DNA of 64,000 nt, taken from positions 1,054,001 through 1,118,000 of the forward strand of contig NW_026782193.1 in assembly GCF_031769215.1 (NCBI RefSeq), given 5' to 3'. Every line of letters starts with the position of its first letter. Position 1 is the first letter of the stretch. The position numbers were made by a program, and so were the translations under genes. This document shows, piece after piece, positions 1 to 12,374 of this stretch. The stretch comes from Ylistrum balloti. Taxonomy: Eukaryota. Below the pieces are notes generated by a model. The model had not been told where the DNA came from, searched no databases, and saw only the letters and a program-made list of their open reading frames with translations.

Positions 1-330
1 AAATTATATAACTGAGATTATCACCCTTACCAAAGTAGAGTTGATACTTGAGGTTTTCTCCCTTACCAAAGTAGAGTGTATACTTGAGATTATCTCCCTT
101 ACCAAAGTATAGTGCTTACTTGAGATTATCTCCCTTACCAAAGTAGAGTGCATACTTGAGATTATCTCCCTTACCAAAGTATAGTGCATACTTGAGATTA
201 TCTCCCTTACCAAAGTATAGTGCATACTTGAGAGATTTTTTACCTTCCAAAAGTAGAGTATATAACTGAGATATTATCTCCCTATCCAAATTATATTTCA
301 TAACTGTGATTTTCTCCCTTACCAAAATAC
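1..330. repeat. 36-bp minisatellite (CTTGAGATTATCTCCCTTACCAAAGTATAGTGCATA-like), about 9 degenerating copies, in DMXL intron 2
   Basis: Tandem unit directly visible; it explains the 12-aa periodic ORFs 4..225 and 116..325. Confidence 0.9.
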
Positions 331-597
331 AGTGTTTACATAGAGCTGCTCATTAAGTGGTATCAATCAGTCTGGATAATTAACAAATACAGAATTAAAA
401 AAGATTCAGAGCTTCTCATAAACCAATAACATTATTTCAATATGTACAATATTTGTAATGCAAGAAACAAACAACTTGAACTATTTTACAGGTAATGTAT
501 GAAACTTACATTGATAGATTATTGTGCAGTCAATTATCAATTATAAAACTAGAACCCATTCTCATCATTGATAATCTCCCCTCTCAAAATACTTTAC

Positions 598-3500
598 CTT
601 GCCTGTGTCTGTAGAACAATCGATACAGTTGACCTTAACATTTCCATGAGTGACACCTGGGATGATCTGAACTCTTTGGAAATCACTGGCTAAAATCACA
701 ATGTCACATCCTGCAGCATATGCCTACAAATACAAAGGGATCATGTATTTTACTCCTGGAAATACAAAGGGTCATACCTTTTACAGTGGAAAACAAAGGC
801 AGCATACCTTTTACAGTGGAAAACAAAGGCAGCATACCTTTTACAGTGGAAAACAAAGGCAGCATACCTTTTACAGTGGAAAACAAAGGCAGCATACCTT
901 TTACAGTGGAAAACAAAGGCAGCATACCTTTTACAGTGGAAAACAAAGGCAGCATACCTTTTACAGTGGAAAACAAAGGCAGCATACCTTTTACAGTGGA
1001 AAACAAAGGCAGCATACCTTTTACAGTGGAAAACAAAGGCAGCATACCTTTTACAGTGGAAAACAAAGGCAGCACACCTTTTACAGTGGAAATACAAACA
1101 TGTTTTCTATCTTTTCAGATCTGTTATTGTAGAGCATACTTACAATCAAAGCAGCAACAGCTTTTTTCCTATCATTACATCTTGTGATAATAACAAATAT
1201 AACTGCACATAAAATAGTAACTGAAAGAATGTATTTATGTAAACAAAATTCACATACTATGACCTCTTAGGCAACCACACAATTAAATGTGTTAGACAGT
1301 GATAAAACAGTCAATCATGTTTATTGTGATGCAAAAGGAAGCTTGATTTAGGTAGAAGACATATTCAACCCAAACAGGTTCTCACAATATATAAGATGTT
1401 AACCTAGATAACAGACACAGGGTTTTAAAAGATGAAGGTTATAATGAAAATGATTGAAAATCATATGGTCTCCCTATTGATCTCATTTCATGTACAATAG
1501 GAAGTTAAACATGTTTGATTAAGTCTAGTGATTATGTTATTTTTAACCTTGTTTTCATTTGGGAATACACCAGCCCAACACCCTGAGCTACCAAATCTTC
1601 AGATCGAGCTAGTGGACAGGTCAACTAGCAAGGGGCTAGTGACTTTCTGTACACATTTGTTTTCCCAAAAACATCCTGAAGAATTTATGATCATTTCTAA
1701 TATCTGAAAAGCATATAGAATAGAATTGCTTTCCTTAATCATGAACAAGAGTAATTTCACCAGAGATTTTACTGATACCCTTACTACAATGTCCTGTCTG
1801 CTTGTAGGAGTTATATATACCAAACAAAAAACTTAGGAGGCAATACTAACCATCAAAATAGCAGTCATCTGTCATTTAATCAACAATTTTTATTTGATAT
1901 AAGAATCTTGGTGAAGAGCTGAAGTTCATCAATCCAAAAGTCAGCAAGAGACTTGCTAAAGCAGAGGCAGCCATGGTTGTTTACGGGCATTTTAACCGCT
2001 GGAGCCAGATTTCAAACATAATATCCTATAATCTTTCTTTGATTTTCAGTGGAAGAGTAATTTTTTTTCTTATTTCTGAAGATAAAGACACAATTTGCCT
2101 TTCTTTCCTTCAGAGGTTAGCCAATTAATCTATTAACTGATTAAAATATCAACATGTTATATGACTGCAATATTTCATGTAATTGTGGAAATATTTGGGA
2201 CTAGCAGAATATCATTTTTGGGTTAGTGGATTTTAGCAGACAACTAGCCTTGCAATGAATTCCTAGCCCGACATTTCTTAATTTGATTGATCAAGATTTA
2301 CAATGAGTGTTGTCAATGAATCTGAAGTCACTAATTCTCCTTGAACACCTTGTCTTAATCTCCTTGTATTTTTTAAGGATTTCTGTAACAATCTTTCTTT
2401 TGTTCAAAATTAGTTCATAATTTTAATCAAATCTGAGTCAGAATGCAGTGGTAATACTGCTGTCTATACTTTACAAGGCCACTAGGGTTTAATTCTCTGA
2501 GCAAACATGAAAAGGTATGGTCACTTGCCTGACCACATGGACAACTGCAGATATTTTACTGAAGAATCATTTAGCAATTAGTGTTTGTGATAGTTAATTA
2601 TGAAATGTAATTTCTACCAAGTCTTGAGATTTATTAAACATATATATCTGAAAAGACCTCATGTGTTTGGATTTTATAAACCAATAAATGGATGCAGGTG
2701 TACATATGCTGTCCCAATTCTTCATAGAATTCTACATGCCATGCTGAAAATATTGTTTGGCCCTGGTTTGAGATTAACCATCACATCCATCTCTTTGTTA
2801 ATGATACATACACATGAAGTGAAGCCTTAAATTTTGGTAAGTTCAAATAATAACCAGAGTAGGGTATTATAAAGCCATTTTATTATTCAAAGACAACTTG
2901 TATAAGCCAAAATGTCAGTCAATCTAGCCATTTTACTTCAAGCATCTCATTTTATTTTCTGATTCACTTTTGGAAACAAATGCATTTTCTTATGATCAAA
3001 GATGTCTATTGGAATTGGATTTTTTTTTCTTTGGGGGCGTGGGGGATGGGCGGGGGCTTTACTTTAGAATTAATCCTAAAAAAAATCAAATAAATCCTCA
3101 TTCATAGAAATTTTCCGTCACTATTTTCTCCAAATATAGCTGATACAACACGACATCCCAGTGTGAAACTAATTGTGTTCCCAAATAACTGTCACTGTGA
3201 TCTGTCTTTCGAACCTTGTAAATAGATCTGCAAAATGTCTACTCTCGCCCTGTCTATAATGGTACAGATTTCTTACACTGATCTAAATATCAACAGTAAT
3301 AGTCAAATTAAATGCAACAAAATTAATCCTAGTATTTCACTGATGTGTTTTACCTCATATATAAAACATTCCTTTTATAGATTTAATGAAGTCCATTTTA
3401 CATGTAATACATTAAAAATTATCAACTAATCCCATAAGTTTGCTGTTAGCAGTGTAATATAACTCAATACAACAATTGTAATCATGACAATGCTGGAATG

Positions 3501-6500
3501 TGAATGACTGAAGGTTCCCATTGTTTCCATTAAGAGATCATAATAACGTCATGGTTTCATTTGCAATGTGACATTGTAAATGTAGGCATTACAGACTGAA
3601 ATACCAGGTAATCACCATTTCAGATTTTGCATCAGTCTTATTTGATTTTTTATTAAATATGATGTTCATGAAATTTATCTCATATCAAAGAAAATGAATG
3701 TATGGTCCTTGATACAGAATCTCATTTCAGGAGTTTGATACATTTTTCAAATGTCACCATATCAGCACTTTACAATGATTATCATAATGGTTTTTAAAAT
3801 AAGAAATACTAAGGTTAACAACAACACTTATAATTTCAAATCTTTGTTTTTCTGGGGGGAGGTGGTTTAACATGATAAAGAAATGAATTGCCAAACAAGA
3901 CATCCAGGTGACAGTATGGTACGACCATATGATATGTCTCCAGAAATTAACATTATGTATGTAACATAAAGTACCTACAGTTGCTAGTAAAAGAGATGGC
4001 AAGCTATTTGAGAGATTAGTGCGAGAGACTGGCTATAATCAATAACATGTAAAATTCGTTCTTCTCGAACTGCAATCTCAGCATATTGTCAGCCAGAAAA
4101 AGTCATAACAATGGTCTGTAGCATAGAACACACTGGCATGACTGGACCAAGAAACATATTTTCAGGTGAAATTGTGGATCTTTACAGAGATGTGGAAATA
4201 ACTGTCAGATAGGACAGAAAAAAAGAAAAAAACTATAGACCATTATTCTAGTGATCAGCACCTAGAGCCTCGTCTGTTTAGTACATTCTCAGGCACAGTG
4301 CAGCTAGCTTAGTCAAATCAATGGCTCCCTTGTCTTTCAGGAAATCTGATCATCTGAAGCCACATAAGCAATATAATACATTTTTTCTCATAGAAAATAT
4401 TGTCTAGACTGAATTCTGATACATCATAGGAATGGCCAAAGGAATAATATTGATCCTTAGGCCTTGGTTTGTAATGGTGTCACATAAAGCAATGTTTTAT
4501 TCAGGAAACGCAGAAAATACAACTAACCTTACCCAGCTATTTCACATTAAAATTTGATGGTTAAGTGTCCAAATCAAGTTTAGACAAAGGTCCACTCATA
4601 TCAATGTGAAATTAGTTTTCAAAATGTAAATCAGTTTAACTGTCATTTTTTTCTGCTCCTTTTATAAAAACATTTACAAATATACAAATTAAAGAAGATT
4701 TGGCAAATTATATTCCCCCATTAATACACCACTTCACCAAGGTGGAACCATATCCCAAGTATGAAGATTCAGTGACTTACACACCCCTGATAAACTCTGA
4801 TGTTGGTCAGGAATCAAAATGTAGGCCTAAGTGAACTATTATTTTTACCTGACACACCACCCTACATCTGTAGGTGTAGGGCCCAGTCTGCCCTACCAAA
4901 CTGAATCCATATCCCAAGTATGAAGTTCCAGTGACAAGGTATGTCCTTTGATGTAGATCAAAGGTCAAAATATAGGTCAGACTGACCTACATTTGATGGG
5001 TGACACATTGTCTCACTAAGGTGAACCCATACCCCAAGTATAAATTACAGGTAGTGTAGGAAGTAGAATCTAGACAAGATGGGAACTATAGTTTTGTGTT
5101 AAGTTGATCCATCCTTCTGTCCACAAAATGGCTTTTAATCTCAAGGCTATGAAGTCTCAAGACAAACAAACATATAATTACACAAACTTGCATGTATGTG
5201 AATAACAAAATCTTATTATCAAACTTATATGAATTAATTGCACAAACTTGTATGCTATGAAACTTGTATAAGCTTTTCAATCTCTCTGCAATATTTGCAT
5301 GCATCTGCCACCAGAGCATATTGTCAAACATGTATAGCTCTGCCAGCACTAGAATTATTTGGAGATGTGAAGTATGTATACATACATGATGCCGTGATTT
5401 TACACTGTTCTTACAGTATACCACTTAAGGTTCAATCTATTGTATAAATTTCCAGCTAGAAAATAAATGGTTTAGGCAAAACAAAAGAGAATCTCAAGAA
5501 TCGTCTGTCTGCTTTTTTCTCCTCAGAGCATCAATAAAAATATCTGTGTTTCAGCCTCATAGTTTGATTGCAACTGGAAGGCACACACAGTGATGTGTGG
5601 GATGTGCGTGGGTGGCATTAACACAGATATTCCATCAATATTCTTGCTCTGTCACAGTCAACAACAGACCATTAATTTAAAATCTGATCAGCAACAAAGA
5701 CAAATCGTTGCATAAACCAAATCTTACAATCATTTCAACAGAAACATTCCACATTTCAAATCTGATGAAAAGTGCTAGGACTGTAAATAGAGAATGTATC
5801 AACCATTTCAACAATGTCAGACTATCGTACTGTTATAAGTAAATAGAGAATGTATCAACCATTTCAACAATGTCAGACTATCGTACTGTTATAAGGAGCA
5901 AATAATGTATTTCTATCTACTTATAAAAAATGAATTTAATGAAGCACTGTTGGTTAAGATTTGAGATCTATATACCAACTGGATCAAAGGGCTAAAGGCC
6001 CTGATAAACATCAGAGTTGGTAAATTGTTAATTTGGATCAAGGAATTTCAGTGCTAAAGATTTCAGTTAACTTAATGATTCTATTTATTTACAGTCAACA
6101 ATCAAATAGTATCTTATTTAAATCAATTAAAAACACTGAAATAAAACTCTATGCAATACAAGAATGTCAGTGATACTGATGAATGCTCCTCGAGAACAAC
6201 TTTATTTGAAATAAAATTGTCATAAAGGGAATTAACTCTGCAGTTAAGGAGTTTCTGGTCCTCACTTTGGTACATGAGTACATGTTGTCTTACTATGACC
6301 AATGTATACACCCAAGTTTCATTATGCTAGTTAAAATGTGAGCAAAGCCATGCTCAAAACATGATATTTTAGCAATGGACAATACAGTGATTACAGGGTT
6401 ATGGACCCTGAATTTGGGATATCTTCTTTATATGACCATAGTATGACCAATGTATACACCAAGCTTCATTATATTAATCAAGTATGATCAATATCATATA

Positions 6501-9500
6501 TATACCAAGTTCCATTAGCCTTGTTTAAACACAAGCTAATTTATGCTCCAGACAAAAAATCCAAAAAAGGGTAATAACTCTGTAATCAAGGAATTGTTGG
6601 CCCTAGATTTAAGTTAAGTTTACTTCCGGGCCAGGATTTAGAAAATCCTCTTCGCCCAACTCAAAACATATATGAATACACAGTACATAATACTGCATGG
6701 TACACTGCAGATTATTTAAATATGACCAGTGATCACATCAAGTTCCCTGACCCTTGCTGTGGACAAATAATTACAATTACCTAGGTACAACATGTAAGAT
6801 GGTTAACCTCTACAACATATAAGGAACATGCTCCTCGACACTGAAAATTGTGTTCTTTATATAACAACCAATGCATGCACTGAGCATTTATTTTTTGCAT
6901 CCATAAACTAAAATTTCATAATAATATGAAATATCAAAACATTTAATTTTGGTACAATAAAATCTAAATTTGACAAACATATATGATTCAGAGAGATTCG
7001 TGAGGTATTTAACATGCTAGTAATCATAATTGGCCTGTGCCATATAACATGATGATATACATGTGATATTTTGTGCACATGCTTTTTAATAAAAAAAAGT
7101 GAACAAATATAATTTTGTGACTCTTGACTCTTAAACTGTTACCAAAATCCAATCAGGTGTAAAACTGTTGAAGTTGAGAGTACAGGTTTCCTTACTAGCC
7201 TCAGCTGGTGGGAATTTCCCTTTATCAAGCAGTACAGTGTCTAGCTAGATATTCTAAAGTCTCTTGTTCAAACCCTGATGGGGGTAGGATATTTTTCATT
7301 ACTCTTTCCTAATGCTATTACAAATTTGGTGCCATTAACCACTTCAAGGGTAGAAGCTAAAGGAGATGAAATGCTTTCTTGGAGATATTCAACCTGGGTT
7401 GTTAATGCTTGAACAACCATCTTCGGAGTCACAGACTTTGAGAAGGAATGAGTTGTATAAACGTTGAAAGTACCCGTTTTCTTTCTAGTCTTGGCTAGTG
7501 AGAATTTCTTTTCATTCATGTAGTGTGTTTTCCTATAGGCAAAAGAGTCACTAGTTCATACCTAAGCTAGGGTAGAGTGTTTTGTATTACTGTAAACAAC
7601 CTTATGTTGTAATACTATGCTATTGTGTGACTATATGTACTGAATCTGTGGAGGGGTTCATGAGATATCAAGCTTTGTGTTATGGATGCACAGATAATCA
7701 TGGAGACTTATGCTTGGATACACAGACTAAGTGATTACTAAATAATACATCCCACTCCTTACTTACTAAGTGAGGGGTATAAAAAGACAATATTGTCTCT
7801 GTAATACATCATTGTATTGATTCAAGTTGAGGCCTGGAATAAGGTTAACCTATATAGCTATTTATCACAATTCAGGAAAAATAAACCCTACCTGTTTTGT
7901 ATCAGCGCACATATCATGTGTTTCAATCAACTTAAAATTACTCTGTAGGACTTACTGCAGGAAGCAGGAAGCATACCATCATTACAACATATCCTCAAGT
8001 AACCAATATTTTCTTGATAATGAAGATAACAATATGCTTGTCATCTCCAGGGATCTAGCAGGGCCACTACTAAAGTCTAACACTGTATTAGTTTTACGGT
8101 GACTTCACCCTGGGAGTAATGAAATGTTCCAACATCTGCAATAATTACAGTAACACTGTCAGTTGGATACTGTCAGTAGACCAGTCTAATTAATCTGATG
8201 GCTGTGTCAGTACACATACCAGTTCAGGTAGAAACCATTGAATACATGACATACAAATGAAATGTTATCCCTCCCCTTAGAGAACACTTAACACGAGGAG
8301 TCCTTTAAAAACCTCTTTCAGCTGAAAACATGCACATGGGCCTATGCATTAAACAAGCTGAAATTAAAGTATCATATACCAATATTGGATCATAATTTTC
8401 GAGTACAGAGTAGCCCTATCTACAAATCAAACAATCTATCAAATCTAGAACTAGAAATAAACAAATATTACTTAAAACAATAAAAGCTTGAAACCAGATT
8501 CACATTGATATTTCCCCCCCCCCCCCCTCCTCCAATGTTGTGGGGTATGTCAGTGATATCCAGCGATTTTTTTCATGTTTGACATTTGAACTCTTACCTT
8601 GATCAATGACAAAGGAATTCTACATCACATGAAAAAAGCTTACATTACTTTACTTTGAGCTTGTTAGCTTTTTTTATTTCAAAAGTGATCAGGCATTACC
8701 TTTGACACTTCAACCTTGACTGACAGCAACAAAATCAAATCAGGCTTACATTGTAGATCCTGTATATCTATAGGTAAATATGGACTAAAGCCATTGAAAG
8801 TTTAATAAATATGAGATATTATAAGAAGGCCGCATGGACAAAAGTTATTGTAAATTTTAAACTTTGATAAATTCACGACAAAAAGAATAAATAATATTAT
8901 CAATAGAATACATTCCTGTAGTTACAGGATGAAGATAGAATGATAAATTCAATATTTATAGCATGTGTACTGAATGGGATGAAAAGATGAAATGATGGAT
9001 TCAATATTTAGAACGGCATAATTAAATAGGCAGACAGTTAATTAAGATGATCAAGTAGGACAATCTAAAAAAAAAACCAAAATAAAAATAATCGTCATCA
9101 TCAATCATCCCACTGAAAGCATCACACTTATACAGGTGCCTGTGTGCAGTCATTACACCTGTGTATACTGTCTTATATCTCATCAATATGTTCTCCTACT
9201 TCACTCTCTTTAATTTTTTCATCATCATAATGTACATAGACAACAATACTATGTTCAATGTTATAAGTAGCTTTTGTTACTTAAGTTTTGTTATCATTCA
9301 GTTAACATTGTTAGCGATGACCTAGCTATATAGCTCACTGCTGATTTTGTTTGTTTGCCGGGTAAATCTCCAAATAGACAGCAAAGGTCAAATCTCAAAG
9401 TTTGACATTTGCAGATGGCAGAAAAAACAAACAAATGTACATTGAACATGTATGTATTTACACACCAAGTTAGTAAATATTGATTGAAAAAAAAATGGTG

Positions 9501-10731
9501 CAATGCTGTAATGTTGGCCATTGATTAGGGAGGTCGAGAGATACAGAGCATCCTGAAAATTTTCACAAAATGTCCCAAAGGAAAATTAGTAAATAACTCC
9601 AAGTTCCTTAATCAAATATTCTATAATGGGAATAACAAAGGTGTATATGTAGGCAAATTTGAGAACAAGAAATTATATCAAGCCTCAAGCTATACATTAC
9701 TACTAGTCATGGCTACCTGTCACAAATTAGATGTGTGTTAGTTATTTGATTTACAGAGACTTACCTGTATTTAGGACAAACTTCTGTTGTATGACATCTA
9801 AACTAATTCTTACAATATCATTATTAGCTATCTGAGTTGATAATTAATTGCCTTTTAATTCAAAATACCTAAATTATCAAATATTTGAGACACTGTGTTT
9901 GTATAGAAGCATTACAGGTTATTATTTGTAGTCACTTGTTCTTTAAACTTGTAAAAACTATTGTATGTTCAATGCTATATTCAGACGAATAACGCCTATA
10001 TATTCACTGCTACACATGTACAGCTAAATGATAAACATTTCAATTTTGTCTGCTATTAATAACACATGAACACTAACAGATATACTGATTTGTTATGCTT
10101 TATAATTACATTTATACTAGCTATATAAAAAGTGAATAGCTGTACAGTGATATTTAGTTATTGACTATGTCCTCATTTTTTTTTGTATGTGGAATTCCCT
10201 ATTGACTGCAATCGGCGATTGTCGAATGTGAATGTGCTGTGACACATATATATATAAATTCAGTTTCTAACCACAAAAGGAAACCAATTACAAGTGGAAT
10301 CTATTGAATGATGACATAAAATGACAAATACAAAATCGAAACGTACTGGAAGTAGTATATGAGGAAATGCCATGCGCTAACCTTAGGCATTGCTCATAGG
10401 AAGTGTCCACGGTTTTAATTTGACAGCCAACCGGTAGCTAATATGTCATCAGTCATAATGAGGATAGGGAATGATTGAAATCTTCATTTCACTACCAAGA
10501 TTAAAAAAGACGTCAATTCTAAATCTAATTAATAAATACCATCAGGTAACTGCATAGTACAATCGATTGTACGCCCTTCGAAGACTCTCAATCAATCAAT
10601 AAAAACATAAAATATCGATACCGAAACATATTGTCGTAGCTTACCGTGAAATGGATTCCTTCGACGCTTCCAACCGAATAACACTGATCTCCAGAATTGC
10701 AAGCACCCGTGAGTACTTGATGTCGGTTCAT
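598..10731 (-). CDS. DMXL2: DmX-like protein / Rabconnectin-3 alpha (WD40 V-ATPase regulator): coding exon 1 (10645-10731) and exon 2 (598-723); gene continues beyond the left edge
   Basis: Exon 1 reads MNRHQVLTGACNSGDQCYSVGSVEGIHFT|gtaagc. Exon 2 reads tgtag|AYAAGCDIVILASDFQRVQIIPGVTHGNVKVNCIDCSTDTGK|gtaaag. These match the recalled N-terminus of human DMXL1/DMXL2 (MHLHQVLTGAVNPGDNCYSVGSV...AYGSGCDIVILANDFECVQIIPG). Phases are consistent (0/0). Invertebrates normally carry a single co-orthologue of DMXL1/2. Confidence 0.95.
773..1098. repeat. 30-bp minisatellite (CATACCTTTTACAGTGGAAAACAAAGGCAG), about 11 near-perfect copies, next to the exon 2 acceptor of DMXL
   Basis: Directly visible; it generates the 10-aa periodic ORFs 701..1132, 704..1075, 720..1187 and 750..1097. 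Confidence 0.95.
2440..2590 (+). mobile_element. Highly decayed SINE-like remnant
   Basis: CATGAAAAGGTATGGTCACTTGCCTGACCACATGG preceded by a degenerate B-box-like GGGTTTAATTCTC resembles mollusc tRNA-derived SINE bodies from memory; unverified. Confidence 0.3.
5784..5895. repeat. Tandem duplication of a ~56-bp segment (GTAAATAGAGAATGTATCAACCATTTCAACAATGTCAGACTATCGTACTGTTATAA x2)
   Basis: Two adjacent identical copies are visible. Confidence 0.85.
7605..7989 (+). mobile_element. Putative solo LTR (about 385 bp) in DMXL intron 1
   Basis: Termini TGTTGTAAT...ATTACAACA form a perfect inverted repeat with TG...CA ends; an internal TATAAAA is followed by AATAAA in U3-R-U5 order. No matching 4-6 bp TSD, PBS or PPT was seen. 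Confidence 0.5.
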
Positions 10732-10754
10732 TGTTAAAACTGAAGTCGGCTTGT

Positions 10755-10826
10755 TTATTCCATTAGGCCGACAGAAAACATGGGAAATATCCAGCTACAC
10801 AGAACCTCCTCCTCGGTCTCAGCCAT
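10755..10826 (-). other. Upstream ORF (23 aa, MAETEEEVLCSWIFPMFSVGLME*) in the DMXL 5' leader
   Basis: Strong context caagATGG; stop TAA ends 23 nt before the DMXL ATG at 10731; out of frame with the main CDS. Confidence 0.65.
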
Positions 10827-10875
10827 CTTGGATCAATTTATTTGTAAGGGGAACAACTCTACACTTCCTGTTCTA
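10815..10875 (-). promoter_or_regulatory. DMXL promoter/TSS region with a YY1-like (CAAGATGGC) and an ETS-like (CACTTCCTG) motif
   Basis: Motifs are visible immediately upstream of exon 1 in locally CpG-containing sequence. Confidence 0.45.
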
Positions 10876-12374
10876 CTGAGAGCCATCGGGCATCACCATT
10901 TGGGTTAGTCTCGTAGTATAATGAAGTTTTGATCGATCACTTTTACAGTACAATCAAAATCGAGTTGAGGGAAGGTACACTAACCTCATCATTCAGTAAT
11001 TTTCGTTATTTTCATATATCATAATTCGATACATTTCGCAATTTGCTTCATAGCTGTTTTACATGTGTTGAGGATGGTACACCTGCCACTAGGCCAGTTC
11101 GGATGACTTTGAACGTGGCGTGCAGAACCTCGGGTTACTTCGAAGGTCCGTTATCTAGAAGGTCTATTACTCAAAGGATCCAATATTCTGAAAATACGTC
11201 GATCAAAACGGACAAAAAACATCGTAAACAAGATGTTAACAAAATAATGTATAATTTTGAAAGTACCTGATCATAAATTTAGGGCAGTGATCAGGGTCTG
11301 TCAGTATACCCGTAGTATAGGTTTAGTCTAATACGACACTGGTCTCAAGAAACCGAAATTTAATTCGTTGGAGTCATAATTACCACTCTCGCATAGATAA
11401 TTTAGATAAAATAGACGATACCGAAATGAATTTTTAAAAAAATGGTGTACAAGAAAGTTAAGATTACCACGGGCTTAAAATTCTAAGGCCGTGATATTAC
11501 TATTTTTATTCGATTATAACATCTTAAGCTCATCTTGGAATTAATGGCATCAGTTCATTAAATAAAACTTGTTCTCGATTTTAACAGGGACATATATAAC
11601 ACATATTTACGTCTCTGATTTTAATATGATATTTGGTTTTTTTCTCACATTTCCCAAAATGAAAAAAAAACAGTCAATATTCAAATTGGCCTTACTGTTA
11701 TATATCGTTGTTCACATGCCCGTTATTTCTGATGTATATTGAGAATTATTGTCTTTTGCAAAGGGGACCTCGAATGTTCCTAAATTTTTGTTTACTTTGT
11801 TCTCCATGAGTCATGGTACTACATGATAGGCCAGTTTAATTATCTGATATTGTCTGATTACGTTTTAGAATTTCTCATTTTCTCTAGATTGTACTTCAAC
11901 AGTTGTAGATTGTCCCGTCTTCTCGTCTTCGTCTATTTCCATCCCGTTGATGCTGTTCTTGGACTTTATTGTTGTCTCGTTGTTTCCTCAGTAAATTTCC
12001 AAAGTTACTTTGTGTCATACTCAGATTCTCGTTTTCATACAGACATGACTGTTTGTCTAGTCAGATTTTTAAGACTTTCAACTTTGCAAACGCTTTGTTT
12101 TTTAGTAAACACAATTCGAATATACATGTATATACTGGTCACGATAGTTACGGAAGAAAGCTTACATACTATAAAGATGGATTATCGCATAACGAGAGGA
12201 AAATCGATAAAAAAAAATGTTTGTTGCATTAGCAAAGTCGTGATGACGTAAGAGAAATTGTAGGAATATTGGGTCTCCGGACTCTTGAAATTTCGGAATA
12301 TATGGCGGTCACCAAAAATTTACCACACAATTAATTCAGTCCGTCGATGTAAGAGACCTTATCAGAATAACAAC

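Noticed and set aside
701-1187. Four overlapping 115-155 aa ORFs
   Set aside because: Products of the 30-bp minisatellite; only 598-723 on the minus strand is real coding sequence.
4000-4400. Faint DIRS/gypsy RT-like words (KGAID, DSYFHI) on the minus strand
   Set aside because: Too short, in different frames and riddled with stops to support a call by eye.
7268-7519. 83-aa ATG ORF in DMXL intron 1
   Set aside because: No recognisable motif or splice signals; could be chance or a decayed retroelement next to the LTR-like unit.
11043-11270. 75-aa ORF divergent from the DMXL promoter
   Set aside because: TTG start, no homology recognised and no splice structure.
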